A stretch of 61,296 nucleotides of DNA, the filler included. It is 10 parts of 10 records of this genome, joined end to end, with 100 filler letters (N's around TTAATTAATTAA, not from the genome) between each part and the next. Parts side by side here need not be neighbours in the genome. Positions count along the whole stretch, not along the records: positions 53,603 to 56,926 come from SRR15195285_569; positions 57,027 to 61,296 come from SRR15195285_570; 8 more parts are not named here. One strand, 5' to 3'. Position 1 is the stretch's first letter, and each line of letters opens with the position of its first letter. Positions 55,304 to 61,296 of this stretch are shown here, in pieces. Made by a program: the position numbers and the translations under genes. The notes under the pieces were generated by a model. It was not told the origin of the DNA. It ran no database searches and saw only the letters and a program-made list of their open reading frames with translations.

Positions 55304-56926
55304 TTACCTGCTCGAGTGCAGATGAGCAGCGGCGGCCTCCGCTTGTGCGAACACCTCCTTGATCGGCACGTTGCACTCGGCCGCCCGCGCCTTGCAATCC
55401 TCGTACTCTGGATGCACGTTTACGACGCGATCACCCCACACACCAAGCTTCACGGACACTGGCCCGTAAGGTGTGGTGAGCGTCTCGAAGCGCCTGCCAA
55501 TGCTGAGGCGCTCAATTCGTTGTACTCGAACTCCGAGTGTTGAAGACTGCGTCAAGTAGATCTCAAGCACCTTCGAGCGGACCGTCGGGCTGTCATCACA
55601 AAGTGTGCAAAGCATGAAAGCTGGCCGCCCCTTTTTCATTAAAATGTTTGTCACCCACGCGTCACGTGCACCCGCGCCAAGCAGATTGGCTATGATCGAT
55701 TCGAATAATTGTGGATTGATGTCATCCAGGTTGGCCTCAATCTGGAGCAGCTCATCGCTCTGCAGGGAGGCCGCGTCACCAATTTCCAATGCTGCTGCGG
55801 AGCTTGTTTGCTCGAGTGCTGCCGCGCGGTCAGTCCTTGCGGTGCCAGCAGCAGCAACAGCAGCACCAGCAGCAACAGCAGCGACAGCATCGGTTGGGGG
55901 TTGTGCAGCTGCTGCCTCGTTCCCAGCATCGGTAGACACTGCGTCATGAGCATGCGAGTGTCCGTGTCCGTGTCCGTGAGCATCATCGTGGGCATGCGCG
56001 TGTCCATGTCCGTGTGTCGGGGCAACTTGTTCCATTGTGAGCGCCGGTGCTGGAATTGGTGCCGGGGCAGGAGCCTCGCCAATTTTAGGCCGACGCACAG
56101 TCGCTGCTTTGATGTTTTGCCCGCTCCCGCCCATCGTTCCGATCACTACGCGCACACAATTGGGGCGGTCGCCGAACTCCTTTGTCCCTGCGCCCTGTGT
56201 GAATGCGCACGCCCAAACAGTGGCAGTGCGTCAGCAGGCTGCGCTGCACGAGGCGCAGACGCTGTCACCTTGCCATTCCGGGCTGGGCACGGCATAGCAG
56301 ACAGCAAACGAGCACTCACATATCCAGTTGCCTGAGGAACGAAAGGTGGAGGAATGCCGAACTTGTCGTCCGACACCAGCCCACGCAGAAGGCATGCACC
56401 GGTCGGTGTGATCAATTCGCCTCGAATGGCTGGGCACGGAAATGTCGGCACGCCACAAAGTAGCTCCAGTGTTGCCGGGGCAGGGACCGGCATGAGACCA
56501 TGCTGACAACGCACAAAGCCAGAGGTATACGGCAGAGAGGAGCAGTATACGTTGCCGTCTCCGAGTACGCCCATCAGCTCCAAGCCGAGGACGACACCGA
56601 CTGTGTCGATGATCGAATCCACAGCACCAACCTCGTGGAAATGAACGTCCTCGACCGACATTCCATGCACACGCGCCTCGGCCTTGGCGAGCTCCATAAA
56701 CGCCGCTAGAGACTGGCGCTTCACCTGCTCAGAAAGAGTAGAGGCATCGAGCAGTGCCTTGATCTCAGGGTACCCGCGCATAGGGCCGTCGCCGTGCGAA
56801 TGCCCGTGCGCGTGGCCGTGCGCGTGGCCGTGCGAATGACCGTGGCCATGCCTTTCGTCCTTTTCAGTGCTGTGGCCGTGCGAATGGCCGTGGCCATGCT
56901 TCTCGTCCTCCTCAGTGCTGCTGTGG
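55304..56926 (-). CDS. larC: Nickel-pincer cofactor nickel chelatase LarC, 5'-truncated; exons >56926-56320 and 56194-55304
   Basis: Motifs LAKAEARVHG...VHFHEVGAVDSIID, HGLMPVPAPATLELL, GELITPTGA, IEANLDD, MKKGRP, TLGVR and PEYEDC, plus His-rich tracts. GY|GAGTKEF..RPN is restored by a 125-nt gtgagt..acag intron. Confidence 0.95.
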
Positions 56927-57026
56927 NNNNNNNNNNNNNNNNNNNNNNNNNNNNNNNNNNNNNNNNNNNNTTAATTAATTAANNNNNNNNNNNNNNNNNN
57001 NNNNNNNNNNNNNNNNNNNNNNNNNN
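56927..57026. other. Artificial contig linker
   Basis: 44N-TTAATTAATTAA-44N. Confidence 0.99.
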
Positions 57027-60000
57027 TCTCCGGGCACTGCGAGGACGTCTCTGGTAACCCGATCAGCACAGGAGCCACCACTCCACGTGCCTGCACCCAG
57101 GCCTCGGGGATTTGGGTCTCTGTACATCACATTCACTGCTGGGAGCGAGACAGACGAGCTGATCCCAAGTTCGATTCGTTGAACTCCCCGTCGCTGCTTG
57201 AACTGGCGGACCATTCATTCGAACGACGGTGCATCACCTGCCCTGAGTGCCTCACTTGTGACTCCGGGCTGGTTTCGATCAAGACTGGGTTCAGCATTGC
57301 AGCAGATCTGCACAATACTCGTTGCAGTGCAGAGGGCTGCGAGGCCGCGAACGCTTTGGATGTGTACAAGTGTGAAAACGATGGCTGTCTTGGGTTTGCA
57401 GCCAATGACACAAGTGCTTCGCTGTGTGGCGAGCATCACAGCGGCCTGCTGTGTGCTTCATGCGAGAAAGACTACTATCTCTCGAGCAACCTATGCAAAC
57501 ACTGCGGAGAAGTATCAAGAAGTGCAATCCTAGCGATCGCTGTCCCTATCAGTTTGATCGGCGTATCTCTTCCGTTCAAACAGAGGCTTGGAATATTCAA
57601 ATGCCCCTGCTGCTTGTGATCTTTGTCTCTCTGATCAGCCATATGTAACTTCGGACAGGTATGGCAGGCTGTGAAGGCCAGAATACAGCCGCATGGGCCG
57701 CTGGACAGGAAGATCAGGTTCTATAGACGCGTCCTAGAAAAATCATGGCCGCGTTTTAATCAGGGATGGAAGATCCTGGCAGGCAACTTGCAGATTTCAG
57801 CATCCATTGCAGCCAACACCCACATCGAGTGGCCAGACGGAATTGGACGCTTTTTCGAATCGGTTGGAAACTTCGCAAACTTGAATGTGATGCATATGCC
57901 GGGGGTGGCCTGCGTCGTGACGTCATCCTTCTTCCTTAAATGGTCTCTGCAGATGGTCCTGCTGCCTGCGATCCTCCTGGGATGCTACGCGCTATTCAAA
58001 TACCGAAGCAGAGCGCTGATTGCTCAGGCCCCAACCAAACCAGACCTCCTGGAGCAAGTGGCTGTCGACCTCTCTCTTGCCGTGAAGATTGGTCAGGCTA
58101 AGACCAGCATATCAGCCTGGGCGTTCATGAGCGTCTACTTACTCTACCCAGGAACATGCCGCCAAATCTTTGCAATGTTCAAGTGCAGAGAGCTGGACCA
58201 CGAGTCGAGCTATCTAATGTCTGACATGCGTCAACCTTGCCGAACCATAGATGGATCCTACGACGAAACCTACTTTGTTTTCTATTTTCTTGCGTGGGCC
58301 TGTGTCGTGCTGTTCGCCTTCGGAATCCCGTTTGTGCTCGGTGCGTGTGATACAGACTCGAGGAACATCTTTGACTTTGAGCATTAACATCTGAAGCAAG
58401 GTCTTGTGGTGCGCTGCTTGCTACTTGGTGCTTGCAGGCTTGAACTTGTACCACAAGCGCCAGGTCATCGCACAGAACCCCAACTACGTCACCCTGGCAG
58501 CCTTCAAGCCGCTTTTCCAATTTTACAAACCACAGTGCTACATGTGAGTCTTGCACAGCACCATTCAAATGTTTCTTACCGGATTGATCGATTCTTACAA
58601 CGAGCAGGTGGGAAATTTACTTCATGATCCAGAAGGTTGTCCTTGTCGCACTGATGGGTGGTAAGATCCACTGCCCCACTGCATTTTGCCAGATCGTCTT
58701 TAAACAGCAAGTCGCAATTGCATTTTGCATCTTTGCAGTCATCCCGCCGTCAAGACTTCAAAAGGTTGCACAGGTTGCGATGTCAATTGTGGTGGCCTGC
58801 GCTGTCTGCCACACCATGCCATCCAAAACACAGGAGTTCAACTATGCGAATATCGTTTCACAAGGAACCATCATCTTGAACTTTTTGGCCGCAGTCCTTC
58901 TTGCCGAGAGCAGCAGCACAGTGGATGTGGGCGTTTCCCCTGAGCAGATCGAGACCATTGTAGCGGTTGGAATGCAGGTAATGATGCTCTACCTCGTCTA
59001 CGTGATCTTTGCGAAAGTAAAGGAGATGGTTGAAGCGTCCTCCAGAGGTGCTAGGTTTATAGATCTTGCTTTGTCTCAGAAAATAGTCATTATACCCTGA
59101 TCCAATCGATTGAGAGAGACATACATACAGACAGAGATGTTTTCGACATGACAGAGGTCGAAGAAGAGCTGCTTGCCATGAAGCAGTTAAGCTCGGGCGA
59201 GACAGATGCAAAAGAGGATGTGGTCGACCAGGAAGCGGCTGATGCCGCAATCAGGCTCATGTTCGATTTCTACGATTACGATGGTGGTATGACCCGAATT
59301 CTGTTTAAATGTAGTTTCGTGGGACACCTGTCTAGAATGATCCAAGAGCTGGCGTTGTGTGACAGGTGGCTCCGTGAATTTGTATGAGATTCAACATGTA
59401 TTGAATCTGTTTGGCATCACCTTTGATCAAACTGGGCGCAACGCGGTCATTCAACTGGCTGGAGAGATGGCCGGCTACAATTCAGTGTGCGAGGAGCTGA
59501 GGAAGCAATTTGAAAAGATGGACGTAGATGTGAACGTTAGAATTGACAAGCAAGAGCTAAAACGTGTTGTCTTGAACCCAGAGATAGACCTCAGACAGTT
59601 TGGTTGGAACTTGCACCAGAACTATGGTCAGTTGAGTGCGATCGATATGGTATTTGAGGAGATTAATGTGTCAGGCGACGAATTCATCAGCTGGGACGAG
59701 TTCGTCTCGGTCTGCAAACAGCGCCTGTGATTGCTCCGTCCAATATTGACTCTTGTTATTTGTTGGAAACATCTTTGGTCACCATTGCTGGACTGGCACA
59801 GGAATGTGAAAGATGAAACCCTGTCGAAGCTGCAGGGTCAGGTCCAAATCACCGGCAGCAACTTCCTCACGGACGTGATACGGGAAGACGAGCTTTTCTC
59901 ACAGCATCTGTTTCCTTCGGGTGCTGACATGGAGACGTTGGACACAGCTGGCATCGTCAACGCCTGTCTCGACACACGGCGCCCGGCGGAAGCCATGCGC

Positions 60001-60309
60001 TCGCTGCTAGTCCGCAGTCGGATGAAAGAGGAGAAGCATCTGATGGCGATGGACCTAGAAGGGCTCAAAAAGGTTGCTAGACAGGTGCTGGTGGACGACG
60101 AAATCATTGACAAATCGGTGAAAAGCAACAAAGCGACGCTGTTGGCTGAGATCGCAAAGCAGAAGGAGGAGATGTCCTTCGAAACGTTCAAGGCCATATG
60201 GACGGCGCACGGAACTGAAAGCGACTCGACGGAAAAAGTGGCAGCAGAAGAGGTCAAGATTAAGAATCCGCTGGCGGCCTCGGTCGACTCAGAGGATGCA
60301 ATGGAGTAG
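57027..60309 (+). CDS. Cys-rich multi-pass membrane protein (TM domain similar to 36982-43634) with C-terminal EF-hands; 5'-truncated, multi-exon
   Basis: Motifs CGEHHSGLLCASC..DYY....C..C, KIL...QI....WP, YLLYP...F.C, YL..D...C and FY...Y.WE...KVVL. EF-hand loops DYDGGGSVNLYE (spliced), DVDVNVRIDKQE and NVSGDEFISWDE follow. Confidence 0.78.
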
Positions 60310-60616
60310 GTATCGCACCACACGGTATTTTGCGAAGTAATCAACGCCACCACTTCATCCATACCACAGTCTTACCCCGACTGGTACTCGGACGCCCAGA
60401 ATCTCAATATCGGGATTTCCACAATCGTTTACTGACATTACTAAGCAGGCAGTACACCTGGCAGCGAGCCACTAGGCTCCACCTGAGTCGCACGCGCGTC
60501 GCATTGCAGCGACGGCCAGGCCAGGCAAGCCGCTCCACATGGCCCACAGCCATACCACATGAGTAATGTCTGCGGCACAATTTGACAGCCACCGGCCGCC
60601 TCACCTCACCATCTCC

Positions 60617-61159
60617 TCATACCATCGCAGCCACCACAACTAGCGTGGCTACCACGGGGGCAGCGAGTGCCACGCCACTTGTCTTATCTTCTGTGGTGTG
60701 ACACGACTCGAATATCTCCAAGACAAATTCTGATGAAGTACGCAATGCGTTGCCGTAACCACAACTTAAGCAGGGCTGGCTCAACACCTCGGTGAGGTTT
60801 TCAGGGCAGGTATCAGTTGGCAGGCAGTCTGCAAGTAGTTTCGAATCGGTGGGGCTGCACGAGCCGGCCACGTTCCACGGCAAGCATGAGCCCTGAACGA
60901 AATCGATGTTGCACTCATCGCCAGTTCCGGCGCAGCCATCTGTCATGCACGTTTGACCTACAGCCACAACAGGCGCACGCAACATGAGATCCAGCGCGCG
61001 CGCGAGTGGCGCGCATGAAGGGTACGCTCGGACATAGACCTTACAGAGGGCAGAAACCTCCGCGGTGCCCATCATTTCAGCGGCAGAGCAATCTCCAGGC
61101 GCAGCAGTGGCCGTCGAGACGGTGGTGACGAGCACGACAAGGGCGCACAGTGTCTGCAT
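60617..61159 (-). CDS. Small Cys-rich secreted protein, probably GPI-anchored or tail-anchored (180 aa)
   Basis: N-terminal signal peptide MQTLCALVVLVTTVSTATA, many Cys residues and a hydrophobic C-terminus SGVALAAPVVATLVVVAAMV*. Confidence 0.65.
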   Translation of the reverse strand: MQTLCALVVLVTTVSTATAAPGDCSAAEMMGTAEVSALCKVYVRAYPSCAPLARALDLMLRAPVVAVGQTCMTDGCAGTGDECNIDFVQGSCLPWNVAGSCSPTDSKLLADCLPTDTCPENLTEVLSQPCLSCGYGNALRTSSEFVLEIFESCHTTEDKTSGVALAAPVVATLVVVAAMV

Positions 61160-61296
61160 GGTGGCTTGGGGTGTTTAGGTGCTGCACCCAAGTACTCCCG
61201 ACTGCAGTGCACGCCTGGCGTGGAGCGCGTCGCGTCGGAGGGATCAGTCGTGGTGGGCGAGGCGTGCGCTACTCGCAGCACCCTTCCTCCTAGATC

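Noticed and set aside
56146-56330. Programmed ribosomal frameshift in larC, as in some bacteria
   Set aside because: A canonical GT-AG intron (56195-56319) explains the frame change and restores GYGAG.
53603-56926. Bacterial contaminant contig (purD plus larC)
   Set aside because: larC has a spliceosomal intron, and the genes are convergent rather than operonic.
5376-57026. Repeated TTAATTAATTAA flanked by Ns as a biological repeat, and any gene cluster spanning these sites
   Set aside because: These are identical 100-bp artificial linkers. Genes on different pieces are not known to be neighbours.
1-61296. rRNA, tRNA or snRNA genes
   Set aside because: None were recognised by eye. A covariance-model scan (tRNAscan-SE, Infernal/Rfam) would be needed to exclude them.

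Overview
This window is eukaryotic nuclear DNA, not one locus. It is ten contig pieces joined by nine artificial 100-bp linkers (44N-TTAATTAATTAA-44N), so neighbourhood across a linker means nothing. The genes have short GT-AG spliceosomal introns, and SPEF1 points to a flagellated protist. The Glu-Pro tracts and gene style recall Picozoa-like single-cell assemblies, but that is a low-confidence inference. Recognisable genes: a fatty acyl-CoA reductase/acyltransferase fusion (FARAT type), a PDIA4-like protein, two MFS transporters, an HDHD3-like HAD hydrolase, TIM44, an inositol 5-phosphatase, class I aldolase, SPEF1, GH59 galactocerebrosidase, stand-alone PurD and LarC. There are also two large Cys-rich multi-pass membrane proteins. 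Most unusual: (1) a ~3,130-aa four-domain Cav/Nav-type channel with a D/D/Q/Q selectivity filter, six N-terminal EF-hands and PH/PTB-like, SH3b-like and ankyrin-like modules; (2) an intron-containing eukaryotic larC (nickel-pincer cofactor maturation) with two His-rich tracts; (3) an RRM/EF-hand/coiled-coil/cNMP/kinase gene interrupted by a single in-frame TAG. All exon boundaries and domain calls were read by eye and need RNA-seq and profile-search confirmation.
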